From positions 12,400,001-12,464,000 of the forward strand of contig CM060732.1 in the NCBI GenBank assembly GCA_030704615.1: a DNA stretch of 64,000 nucleotides, in the 5' to 3' direction. Positions within the stretch are counted from its first letter, which is position 1. Each line of letters opens with the position of its first letter. The stretch comes from Takakia lepidozioides (Eukaryota; Plantae; Bryophyta). The notes under the pieces were generated by a model. The model was not told the DNA's origin. It searched no databases and saw only the letters and a list, made by a program, of their open reading frames with translations. Positions 48,096 through 59,983 of the stretch are shown here, piece by piece. The translations under genes were made by a program, and so were the position numbers.

Positions 48096-51000
48096 ATGGG
48101 GACATCAACTTGGAGTGTGGGGGAGGAAATGCATGCTTAGCCCGGTTTAGCTAGCTCAGGAATCCGATTGCAAAAACTTGTATTGTACAAAAATTTGTTA
48201 TAAAGGAAATGGGTTCCAAATATTGTGCATCCTATTGTGTTTGGAATGGTGATGCATGGTGTGGTTGGCTAGTGTGTAGAATGCATGCTAGCTTACAAAA
48301 GTGGGAGAGGTAAATTGGGTTAATCGTGTGTTTGCGCAGTGCCGAAATCGGGTGACTCCCATCCAAGGGGCAAGGAAACTTGCGCCTTTCTTTGGGAGTT
48401 CACGTGTTAGTGCGCACCTGGCGCGTGCGCGTACTATAACTGCGCTACCGAGGGGGTTGCCTTGTAGTGCAGGCTAACGCGGAAGCTACGTGTCCGTTCA
48501 CGTACTATAATCGTGTAGCCTCGGGACGAAGAGTCGTAGTGGCGGCTTCGGCGTGTTCCGTACCTCAGGCCAGCATTCCAAGGCGGACCCAATTGTAGTG
48601 ATTGGGGCGCACGGTTGGTTCAAGGTTATCTTCTAGTCAAGAGGGTTCCAGGTGAACCCTTGCTCAAGGTGATGCAAAAGCGGCATCATGAGCGATCGCA
48701 AGCAATGTTGTTGCAGTAAGGCGATGGATCCTCGGGGAGGATCGTTCCTTGGCTTGAAGTAGGCCAAGAAGAGTGCACTGGGAGGAGCTGGAGAGGCTCC
48801 ACCCTTGGCCGGGACTTGGAGGAAGTCGGCCGAACTAGCTAGTGGAGAGTAGAGTCAAGTGTGGGGTTTGGTCTTTGCCATGGGACGCCATGTACGGAAA
48901 CAAACTCCTTGATGTGGGACGCCACAACTTGGATGTTATTTCTACAAATGGACAAGTCGATGAGGACATCGGACTCCCTGTTTGGTAGGGGTGGTTGTGC
49001 TGTCCGGGCCTTGCCTTGAGGGCAGGGGGTCGGGACAATGAGGGCCGCCCCTGTGGTGGGGGCGCGGCAGCGATAGCAGGGGGGGGTCGGGACACATGAG
49101 GGCCTGACCCTGTGCGTGGCAGCGGGGCAGCGCGGCAGCGATAGATATGGGGGTGGATGTGAGGCTGAAGCACCCTTGAGTGCCCAAGGCACTCAGGGAA
49201 GCGGAGGCGATGCTCACTAGGTGGAGCCCGCAACGGGTTGCGGTGGGGGGGGGGGCTAAAAAAAGGGGGTGGTGGGTAGCTTAGCGGGACTTAGTGGGGG
49301 GTGGCATAGGACTCACCATGGGGTGGAGACCTCGTGGTGGGAGTCGTGGGGAGTCTTGGGACTCATCACGGCCCAATGGGGCCGTGTGGTGGTGGGGCCA
49401 AGACTCACCGACAACTCACACCACCGGGAATCGAGGGTCTTCGTGGTGGTTTGCCATAAAATGGCAATGCTGGTTGTGAAAAACCCCGCGGACAGCTACA
49501 GAAAGTATATATAGGAGAGTAGTAACCGAGAACGGTGCTGCAAGCCCGTTGGTGACCAAAAACTAGTGAGTAAGCGAGCGAGCCGGAAAGCGACCCAAGA
49601 GTGGGGAGACTGTTCCGGATTGCCATCTACCAAAGGGAATTCCACTAGGCCCAAATAGGTGGAGGGTCTTTCAGGGGAGCGAAGGGGGGACCGTTATGTC
49701 CCGGGTGAACAGCCGAAGCTCAAGTTGGTCCGGCGGCCGGTTGGGAGTCAGGCGCGCCATCAAAGCGAGTAACTATGACTTGATGGGGGAGCTTACCGAA
49801 GTGAGGTGCGCGACAGGACACATCAAGCCCGTCAGTGAAAGTCGGAGGAGGAGTTGGGCACCACCTCTGAGATAAATTAAATGCAATTCTCGAAATTAGT
49901 TGCCCTGATCGTTGTACATTTCATTTAACAAGACCCTACACTTGTGCGTTCTATGTGCCAAACGTGGTCGGGGCATCGGGCGACTCACATGACTCAAGCA
50001 TCAAGGGGGTTGTTTCTCTCCTGCCACAATTTCAGTGGGCACTGTTTGATGCTGGAGACTTGCCGTCGTGTTGGAGGTTCCTCCACAATGGAGGTTCCGG
50101 ACATGGAGACTGTCATGCAGGGGAACACGAGCCTTCGAGAAGTTATCACGGTCTGCCCTGTGGGAATCGAATCCGACAACCAGGTGGAGTGTTCAATTCC
50201 TTCCTACAGGAGCCGAACTCGCCTCCCTTCAAGGTGTGTGGAACTCTAGAAACAAGTGGCGTTCCCTGGGCATACATGCTCACCGCCTGTGACTATCTTG
50301 ATGGGATCCACAGATCTGTGTTGCCGCACGCAACATCAACTCCCATTTGTCCGGACCCTTGCCTCGTAAGAAATCCACGGTATCGGGTTTGTTGTTACAA
50401 GGCCCGAAAGTCATCTGTTGTTGCCACATACAAATCCCGACCTCGCTTTCCCCGACTGCTGCAACCATGCGTTGTGCACAGTTTCTGCCAATTGCAAGAT
50501 GGCATGTCCGCCATTTCCTCAATGGACATGTTCTGCAAAGAGGATAACCACACTTCAGAACAGTGCACATGGAAACAACATAAAGAAAGCAATGATGTCA
50601 AAAATATGGAAAGCAAATGATGAATTAAAGCAATGGAAATAGGAAGCCCTCGTTACATTTGTCATGGCTGCTCCCACTGTCTATACCGGAAGTGCCAAAA
50701 TGGACAGCCAATCTTCCAAGGCTTATCATACTCTCAAGTGAATGCAGCTCCAGAAGAGAACCACCAGGCACGAATGTCGGGAACCAAGTGTCCGCCTCCT
50801 TCATTGTTCTAGTGCATCTTTGTACTCTTTCCACAATTTACGGTGCTGAGTCTGCATCTCTGGTTTGATGTCTGACTTTGTATGTTTTTCCAGAGATTGT
50901 GTCCAATGGAATAGACATGTACGCTCTCTTCCTGGCATAGGCACTTTTGGGTCGCCCGATCCGAAGACAATACGAATAGCATTGAAATTTGCTTGAGCAC

Positions 51001-54000
51001 TATCCGCCATGAAACCTGCAAAATTTGGAGATGGCAGCCCATGGCAGCCCATGACACGTATCAGGGAATTCCACATGAGCTTCTGGGATTCCGTATCCTC
51101 GGATTGCATGTCACAAACTGCAATTGTCATAACTCGTTGGTACACTGGATCGTAGACATGACAAGCCATTGTCGTCCAATCCTTCACTCGTTTCACATGA
51201 TCAAACATAAGAAAACAGTTCTGCAAGTCCCCAGTCTTCTGCATCCGCTTCACGAGGCTAACCCCACTGCCCTCCCCAACAGTCGACATTTTGAAAAGAA
51301 AAACTTTGATGGCACCTTGACCTGGGAATACATTGTCCTGGATGTAATCGTACTTGTTCACTCGTTTCAATTCCAAAATATTGTCTATGTAGCCTCTGAT
51401 CCCAGAACCCATTCTCAATGCATTGATCTGATACCGAATGTTAGGTGAACTTAAAGTGGAGAAATGATCCATGACCAGGTCCAATGCTGCACCGTCAAGT
51501 TTAGTCCCCACAGAATCCCCTTCACTCAAAATATGGCTTTCCAAGAAGGACTTGCTTGCGCCAAGAGCAATTGTAGATGTTGTTGCGGATGGGTTTCTCC
51601 CGAACTCCTGTTTAATCAACCTTGATACTGTCTCTCCCTGTAATCCCCCTTCGAGACATGATGGTTATGGAATCCGAAATGCACACAAGCTCTTGTCATT
51701 GTTTTCAAACGGTGGACAACATAGTACATTCTTGCTCCGCAGAGTGCCAAGCAGGATGGCACATCTGCTGCTACGACTTGCAATCTCTCAACTAAGTTTG
51801 CAGAATTTGCAGACGAAAGTGTTTGCCGGTGGAGGGGCAGTCCCAGGCTGAAATGGATTTTCCGCCAGACCCTCCCATTCGCTTTGATTATGAACCCCAG
51901 ACTCAAGAAAGTGTCTGCAATTCAAATTATCACACCTAAGGTGTCCATTGCAAACTGTCCTCCTGAAAACAAGCTTGTCATCATTCTGAATATTGGATGT
52001 TTTTGTTCTGCACCACGGGTGCCCGACGTGTTTCTTGTCCATTCTATGCATCATGATTGTTACACCTCCAACTCGGGGAGGAGGAGGCAGCTCGAATAGG
52101 ATATCGCCATCAAAAGTCTCCGGCAAGAACTTCATAGGCACCTGCTTCAAAGATTCCCAATCAATTCCCCGCAACTCACTTTTGAATCCAGCCATTCCTC
52201 CCATCGCCCGCAATTTTGGAATGACACTACAAATCTCTTCATCAGTTTCTCAACCACAGTAGGAAGGACTAGATTTGGAATTTCACTTATGTCATCATCG
52301 GAAGAATCCGAAAGCTCAACGATTGGAGTGGAGGACGTCTGTTCTTTTTTCACCACCACCTCCCTCTTGTCTTCAACGACCGAAGCAGCAGTCCCGGGCG
52401 TCACATATGACCCAAGGGACTTTTGCCGAGGCTCTCCAAGTACTCTGTATCGACCAGGACGCACTCTCCACTGCTGATATGAGCCGTCTCATCACGGTTT
52501 TGGAAAGAGTATTTCAACAACTTCCTTTAAGATCGTACACCTCTTTCTCCAAAAAGATGGAGCCATTCTGCAGCTGAAAACGGGTAGCCAAGACATGTTC
52601 CAGAACAATTGCAAATCCATTGTCAAGGACTTCCTGGGAGAACGGCACTGGTTTGTTCGTCAGAGAAGAACTCCGCTTCAGAGGAAGCCATCTTCCTTCC
52701 TCGCGTACGTTTATACCTTGCTATCGCAGATCTAGTGTAAATCGGTTTACTGATGTCTCCAGAACACAGTTGAAGAATGAGCAGAGAATATGGCGGAGGA
52801 AGCTCAGACAACGACTGTGCATATTATGTTATTCTTTCCAGATATGCAGCCGTCCATTTTAATTACTTTTCTTGTGGGCCCGTGGTCAGAGTATCCCTAG
52901 GAGCAGTGTCGGCAACTGTTAAACCGTTAATCAGAACCTCATCAATAAACCCAATAACAAAGCCGACTTCCTGGAAGCATGCCACAGGATCTGAGGATGG
53001 GATTGCAGATTAAGTAATGTATCTTTATACTACCAATGATCATGCGCATCTGGAAAGTTCCAAATGTGAAACGAATGTGGGGTTTGGCTAACAAGGATGA
53101 CCGTGTGTATGATATTCCAAAATTTGTCATCAAACTCTCGTTCATTTACATTTATTTTGTGTAAGACTGTGCGCCAAGATTTCTGGGATTCGCTGTTATT
53201 TTTAAATATTGAAACCGTTCTAATAAAGAACACGCCGTTTATTTTGGCGACAAACGTCAGACATCCGTAACTGAATACGAACAGCTGTCACCAATTGCTG
53301 GCACGTGCACTAATAAGGGAATGACTATGTGTAACGGTCACGCGAGAGAGGGAATCCGATGCTTCTAGAGACAAGCAAGAACGCAGGCAATCCCGCAAGA
53401 ATTCGGGAGTCACTGCGTTTTTCTACTTTTCGCGCTTAGAGAGAGAGTGGTAGTCAAGCTGGAGAGGGTTCCTTCTACATACGAAAGAGAAGAAAGTCTC
53501 TTTATTTTACTTCCCTTAGAGAGAGACGCAGAGCAAGAGAGCAAATGACGAGGCGTCGTTTGTTGGAGAACACAGGCCAAGGCAGCAGATGAACGCGGAG
53601 ACTGATTCACAAGAGCAGACGGAGATGAGGCGGCTGTGACACAGTCGGCGATAAGAGTGCGCCAGCCTGTGGATGCAGAGATGATTCGCAGGGACACTGA
53701 AGGGATGGAAGCACGCGGAATGCCGAACCGGGAGAAGGTCCAGAAACCCTAGAGCAGACATAAATTCCAGCAGATGTGAGAGGGAATTAGAGGAAAGTTG
53801 CAGATGGGGATCCAATTTCAAAACCTAATAAGGTGCCAGTAAGTTTTCTCTAATTTACATTTGATTGTTGAAGATATGCGTAGAGAGTGAGTGGAATGTC
53901 CCAGACAGGGATTGTCGCTAACGACCATCACAAAGGTGAATTTGCTTTCTACTCCTGCTAAGGGTTTACCGCACAATGATTGGGTGACTATCGGTACGTC

Positions 54001-54772
54001 ATTCACTGTTGTTCAGATCATACAGTCTGTCTGAGTGCCTTTCAAGAGTCCTTCCTCTTCCCTTTTAGCAGGAACTACTGAATTGCAAGCGTCGTTAACG
54101 CCATTCGATTCTCCTCATGAGATTTATGTACCTATGTGTTTGAAGAGAGACTGAGGGTCGGCTACGTCAATATCGTTGTTCAATCATACAGTCTGTCTGA
54201 TTGCCTTTCAAGCAGTCCTTCCTCTCCCATGCTGGCGACGGTAATCACAATGGAGTCAATCTGAATAATCTGCACTTACTGTCCGCCCTAAACTACAGAA
54301 TGTCGTTGCCGCAATCACTACACATAGATGTCATTACACAACACCGATCCGGCAGGTCCTTTCTTTGTGATTGTCGGTAAACGTCCGTTCGCTATCGCTC
54401 TCGCTTTTGTTTTGAATACGGCAGGATTAGCTTTGCTTGTGTAGATTGTGCTAAATTGTTTCACACCATTCATAGTGAGTTTCTTTGAGACAGAGGGATG
54501 GTCATTACCGCCGTTCACTATTTGCAAATTACTCAGTCAGAATTGAATGGCATCGTGCAGAAAACTGTGAGGTCGAAGCCTACAGGATCAGAGGGGAAAG
54601 GATCTGGAGATGGGGACGAGTCCGGAAAAAGCTCAGAGAATACAGATGAAGCAGATGAATCTGAAGTGCACTACCTTGACAAGGTGAAAGAACTCATGTC
54701 ATTCTAGAAGGTAAACTCTCAGGAGGTTATAAGGGACATGCTCGTATCTGGAGGGCGTCTGGACATCCCTTT

Positions 54773-57700
54773 ATGCCGGATGATATCAGAAAGGCGACCT
54801 TTGATGGAGTGTGTTTCAATTGCGGGGAGCCCGGGCACATGGCCAAGAAGTGCACGAAGCCCCGGCAATTGAACATGACTCGGGCGACCACGGAGCTGTC
54901 GGAAGATACCATCAGTCGCTTGGTGGAAGCGGTGGTCGCCAGGACTTGCAAGGTAGGCAAATTTTCTTGTGAGTTGTATCAGGAAACTGGCGCCTTACGA
55001 AAAGGGAGTCAGTTATTGTTCGTGGATGGGATAATATCCGGAACTAATGTGTCGTTGTTGGTGGACACAGGAGCGTCGCACTCCTTCATGACGCCGGCGG
55101 CGGCGCGAAAGTTGGGACTCTCGACAAGTGACGTGGGGGCCTCTATTGAGGTGCGCTCTGCCAAAGGAGAACCTCAGTTGGCGACAAGGTTGGCGTTTGA
55201 TGTTCCTCTTCAACTGGGGAGTTGGGAGGGACGTGAGAACTTCACTATCTGCGAGATCGATGGAGTGGATCTCATTTTGGGAATGACCTTTTTGAGCAAA
55301 TCAGGAGCGGTCATAGATGGCCGCAAGAGAGTAGTCACGCTGCCATGTGGGAATGGTGGCGAGGTTTTACGAGTGTCGGAAACGCCCAAATCCGTGGGAG
55401 GGCGAATAAACCTTCTATCAGCAAAGGAGTGGGCCGTGGAGGAGACACACGAGTCCCAGTTTTTGCTTTACATTAGAGAAGTGAAAGGAGAAGGCGATGG
55501 GGAGCCGAGCCCAGATTGGATCAAGGGGATTTTGGAGAAATACCAGGATGTGATGCCGGAGGATTTACCAAGCGGCTTGCCACCGCGAAGAGGAGTTGAC
55601 CACAAAATTGAGGTGATACCGGGATCGGAACCGCCTGCCAAGGCGCCCTACCGGTTGAGCCACAAAGAGTTGGTCGAGCTGAAGACTCAGCTCAAAGATC
55701 TAATGTCAAAGGGGTACATCCGGCCGAGTAAGTCACCTTACGGAGCCCCGGTGCTATTTGCAGACAAGAAGGATGGGACGCTGCGGATGTGTGTCGATTA
55801 CAGGGCTCTGAATAAGGTGACTATCAAAAACCGGTACCCTTTGCCAAGGATCGACGACCTCTTCGATCGGTTGGCAGGAGCGAAGTATTTCAGCCGGATC
55901 GACTTGCGCTCCGGCTATCACCAAATTCGGGTGGCGGAAGGAGATGAGGAGAAGACCGCGTGCAGGACAAGGTATGGTTCATATGAGTTCTTGGTGATGC
56001 CTTTTGGGCTCACCAATGCACCAGCGACATTTAGCACGCTGATGAACAGCCTTTTCCAGGAGTGGTTGGATGACTTTGTGATCGTGTACATCGACGACAT
56101 CTTGGTGTACTCGAAAACAAAGGAGGAGCACCTGGAGCACCTCAAAAGGGTGTTCCAAAAATTGCGAGAAGGGAAGCTGTATGCCAAAGCTTCAAAGTGC
56201 GAATTCGGGGTCACAAAAGTGGAGTTCTTGGGGCACGTGATTACACAGGATGGGATCAAAATGGATGACAGAAAGGTGAGGGCGATCTTGGACTGGGAGC
56301 CTCCGACTTCGGTCCCGGGAGTGCGATCCTTCCTAGGACTCGCCTCCTATTACCGGAAGTATGTGAGAAATTTCGCCAAGATCGCGGGGCCGCTGTCGGA
56401 CCTTCTGTATAAATCCAAAGTCTGGGTATGGAACACATTTTGTGGCCAAGCTTTTGCTGAATTGAAGCAGCGGATGACGGAAGCTCCAGTCTTAAAAATT
56501 CCGGAGTTCGATCGTCCGTTTGAGATTCATACAGATGCATCGGACTTCGCAATTGGGGGTGTACTTATGCAAGATGGACGTCCAGTGGCTTACGAAAGTA
56601 AGAAACTGAATGAAGTGGAGCGACGGTGGCCGACGCACGAAAAAGAGATGAAGGCGGGGTACATTGCCTTGAACTCTGGCGCCACTATGTTGGTTCCAAC
56701 CCAGTGAAGGTGTTCACGGACAATGTCACGGTGAAGTATTTTGCCACGCAGCCCAAGTTGTCCCCAAAACAACTTAGGTGGCAAGATACTTTGGCAGTGT
56801 TCGACGTGGATATCCAGTACAAACCGGGACGGGACAATGTGGTGGCCGATGCTTTAAGTAGAAAGCAGCAGCTCTTGTTGGTGTACAAGGGCGAGACGGC
56901 GCTCCAAAGGAAGATCCGGAAGGCTTGCCGGAAGGATGAGCTGGCAAAGTACGTGATGCAGAACTTGAGAATGGGGGTTAAATCGCAGTTCCACTTGCAA
57001 AACGGACTGCTCCGGTATAAGCAAAAACGTCTCTATGTGCCAAAGGGAGGGATCAGGGATAGTCTCTTGAGAGAATGCCATGATAGCCCGCTTGCGGGCC
57101 ACGGTGGAGCCAAGCGCACTGCGGCACTCTTGAAGAAAGAGTATTTCTGGCCCAAACTGAGGGAGGAGGCAGAGGAGTATGTTAAGACATGCACCACATG
57201 CCAACAAAACCGGAGCGAGTATAAAAAGCAAGCGGGGCTGTTACAACCCTTGCCGATTCCAGAGGGGACTTGGGAAAGCGTCTCGATGGATTTCATGACT
57301 GCTATGCCGCTGTCAAAAGGATTCGATGCAATCATGGTGGTGGTAGATAGGTTCAGTAAAATGGCCCATTTCATCCCCACCAAGGAGACGGCAACTGCGC
57401 AGGAGACAGGGCGACTTTACTTCGCCCACGTCTTAAAGCATCATGGAGTCCCGAAGGATATTGTCTCGGACCGCGATCCAAAGTTTACGAGTAAATTCTG
57501 GAGAGCACTTTGGAAGAAGATGGGGACGAGGCTGAAGATGAGCACCGCCTTCCGACCTACGACGGACGGCCAAACGGAAAGAGTGAATTCCGTAGTGAAG
57601 CAATTCTTGCGGAATTACGTGTCGGCAGACCAATCAGACTGGATGGAACACTTAGACGCGGCAGAGTTCTGTTATAATAACACAGAACACTCCGCGACGG

Positions 57701-58352
57701 GAGTTTCCCCTTTTGTGTTGGTCTATGGAAAAGCACCTCTGGTGCCGACAAGTTGGGCCGCCCAGGACGTTGAGGAACCGGCAGTAGCGGCGGTACTGGA
57801 AGAACGCGAGCGTTTGTTGAAGCTCGCAAAGTACAACATTGCCAAGCTAGGAAACGGTATGAAAGGCAGGCGAATCGGAAGCGGAGGGAAGTGAAGTTTG
57901 AGGCAGGCACAGAGGTCTGGTTGAACATCAAGAATTTTCGACTACCTCCGGAAATGAGTCCGAAGTTTGTACCTCCGTATGCGGGTCCCTTTCGCATTCG
58001 GAGGGTTATGAATGAGGATGTGTATGAATTGGAGCTGCCAGCAAACAGCAAGGTGCACCCAGTATTCCATGTCTCCCTTTTGAAGCCTTACTTCAAAGAT
58101 GAAGCACGTCCGAATCGGCAGCAAGTGTTGCGTCCGCCACCTATGCTGTTGGATCATGAAAATGAACCCGAGTACGAGGTGGAGGCAATACTTAAGTCGA
58201 GGAGGTTCAAGAACCGAGAAACGGAGTATCTCGTCAAATGGAAGGGCTATCATCTTGTGGAGGCATCTTGGGTGCGTGCCTCAGAAATGGGAAACGCATC
58301 CGAGGCAGTTGCAGCGTTCGAAGGGCGACCTCAAAAGCGGAAGAAGCGTTGA
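54773..58352 (+). CDS. pol region of chromovirus copy 2 (CCHC, protease, RT, RNase H, integrase, chromodomain); two frameshifts (~56658, ~57848)
   Basis: ORFs 54773-56707, 56626-57894 and 57891-58352. Chromodomain EYEVEAIL...YLVKWKGY...SW. Confidence 0.9.
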
Positions 58353-59983
58353 TGGGGACATCAACCTTGGAGCGTGGGGGAGGAAATGCATGCTTAGCCC
58401 GGTTTAGCTAGCTCAGGAATCCGATTGCAAAAACTTGTATTGTACAAAAAATTTGTGATAAAAGAAATGGGTTCCAAATATTGTGCGTCCTATTGTGTTT
58501 GGAATGGTGATGCATGGTGTGGTTGGCTGGTGTGTAGAATGCATGCTAGCTTACAAAAGTGGGAGAGGTAAATTGGGTTAATCGTGTGTTTGCGCAGTGC
58601 CGAAATCGGGTGACTCCCATCCAAGGGGCAAGGAAACTTGCGCCTTATTTGGGAGTTCAAGTGCTAGTGCGCACCTGGCGCGTGCGCGTACTATAACTGC
58701 GCTACCGAGGGGGTTGCCTTGTAGTGCGGGCTAACGCGGAAGCTACGTGCTTCCGTTCACGTACTATAATCGTGTAGCCTCGGGACGAAGTCGTAGTGCG
58801 GCTTCGGCGTGTTCCCGTACCTCAGGCCAGCATTCCAAGGCGGACCCAATTGTAGTGATTGGGGCGCACGGTTGGTTCAAGGTTATCTTCCTAGTCAAAG
58901 AGGGTTCCAGGTGAACCCTTGCTCAAGGTGATGCCAAAAGCGGCATCATGAGCGATCGCAAGCAATGTTGTTGCAGTAAGGCGATTCGATCCTCGGGGAG
59001 GATCGTTCCTTGGCCTTGAAGTAGGCCAAGAAGAGTGCACTGGGAGGAGCTGGAGAGGCTCCACCCTTGGCCGGGACTTGGAGGAAGTCGGCCGAACTAG
59101 CTAGTGGAGAGTGGAGTCAAGTGTGGGGTTTGGTTCTTTGCCATGGGACGCCATGGTACGGAAACAAACTCCTTGATGTGGGACGCCACAACTTGGATGT
59201 TCGTTTCTACAAAATGGACAAGTCGATGAGGACATCGACTCCCTGTTGGTAGGGGTGTGTGTCGCGGCCCTTTGCCTTGAGGGCAGGGGGTCGAGACACA
59301 TGAGGGGCTGCCCCTGTGGTGGGGGCAGCGGCAGCGATAGGTATGGGGGGCTGAAGCACCCTTGAGTGCCCAAGGCACCCAAGGAGGCGGAGGCGCTCAC
59401 TAGGTGGAGCCCCGCACACCGGGTTGCGGTGGAGGTGGCTCCACAAGGGGTGGTGGTAGCTTAGTGGGACTTAGTGGGGGTGGCATAGGACTCACCATGG
59501 GGTGGAGACCTCGAGGTGGGAGTCGTGGGGAGTCTTGGGACTCATCACGGTCCATTGGGGCCGCGGTGAGTGGGCCAAGACTCACCGCGACTCACCACCG
59601 GGAGTCGAGGGTTTTCGTGGTGGTTCGCCATAAAATGGCATGGCTGGTTATGAAACCCCCGCGGACAGCTACAGAAGTATATATAGGGAGTAGTAACCCC
59701 GAGAACGGTGCAAGCCCGTTGGTGACCAAAAACTAGTGAGTAAGCGAGCGAGCCGAAAAGCGACCAAAGAGTGGGGAGCTGTTCCGGACTGCCATCTACC
59801 AAAGGGAATTCTCCTAGTCCCAAATAGGTGGAGGGTTTAGAGGGAAGTGGAAGGGGACCGTTATGTCCCGGTGAGCAGCCGAAACTCCAAGTTGGCCCGG
59901 CGGCCAGGTTGGGAGTCAGGCGCGCGCATCAAAGCGAGTAACTATGACTTGAAGGGGAGTTTACCGAACTGAGGTGTGCGACA
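54787..59983 (+). mobile_element. Chromovirus copy 2, 5'-deleted (no 5' LTR and most of gag missing); 3' LTR 59260-59983
   Basis: Near-identical to 44538-49815. LTR tgtcgcggcc...gtgcgaca. Confidence 0.93.

Larger units (their letters stand above)
42788..49815 (+). mobile_element. Full-length Ty3/Gypsy chromovirus (Galadriel-like), copy 1; LTRs 42788-43512 and ~49001-49815
   Basis: TG...CA LTRs, PBS tggtatcagagc (43515-43526), flanks GGACG/GGACA (4 of 5 match as TSD). Gag, CCHC knuckle, protease LVDTGA, RT YIDD, RNase H, integrase, GPF motif and chromodomain, with many indels. Confidence 0.95.
42130..52560 (-). pseudogene. MULE transposase with GCM/WRKY-like Zn domain, DDE core and C-terminal SWIM finger (interrupted, frameshifted)
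   Basis: W...RRTVCNGHLRC...C...CKFC...C...GFHNH (51660-52030); FLMFDHVKR, FMADSAQANF, RTCLFHW, N(L)AETVHNAW (~50465-50495); SWIM CTCPDF...PCKHLY (~42225-42310). Confidence 0.8.
41489..53329 (-). mobile_element. Mutator-like element (MULE) copy 1, split by an LTR retrotransposon at 42788-49815 and cut at ~53330 by another
   Basis: Terminus CAACGACGCAATGGCGTGAGCG, defined by identity with 63053 onward. Transposase on the minus strand. Confidence 0.8.

Noticed and set aside
46490-49815. Programmed frameshifts or great age of chromovirus copy 1
   Set aside because: Dense 1-2 bp indels with few substitutions relative to copy 2 look like low-quality long-read consensus. LTR dating and pseudogene status here are unreliable without raw reads.
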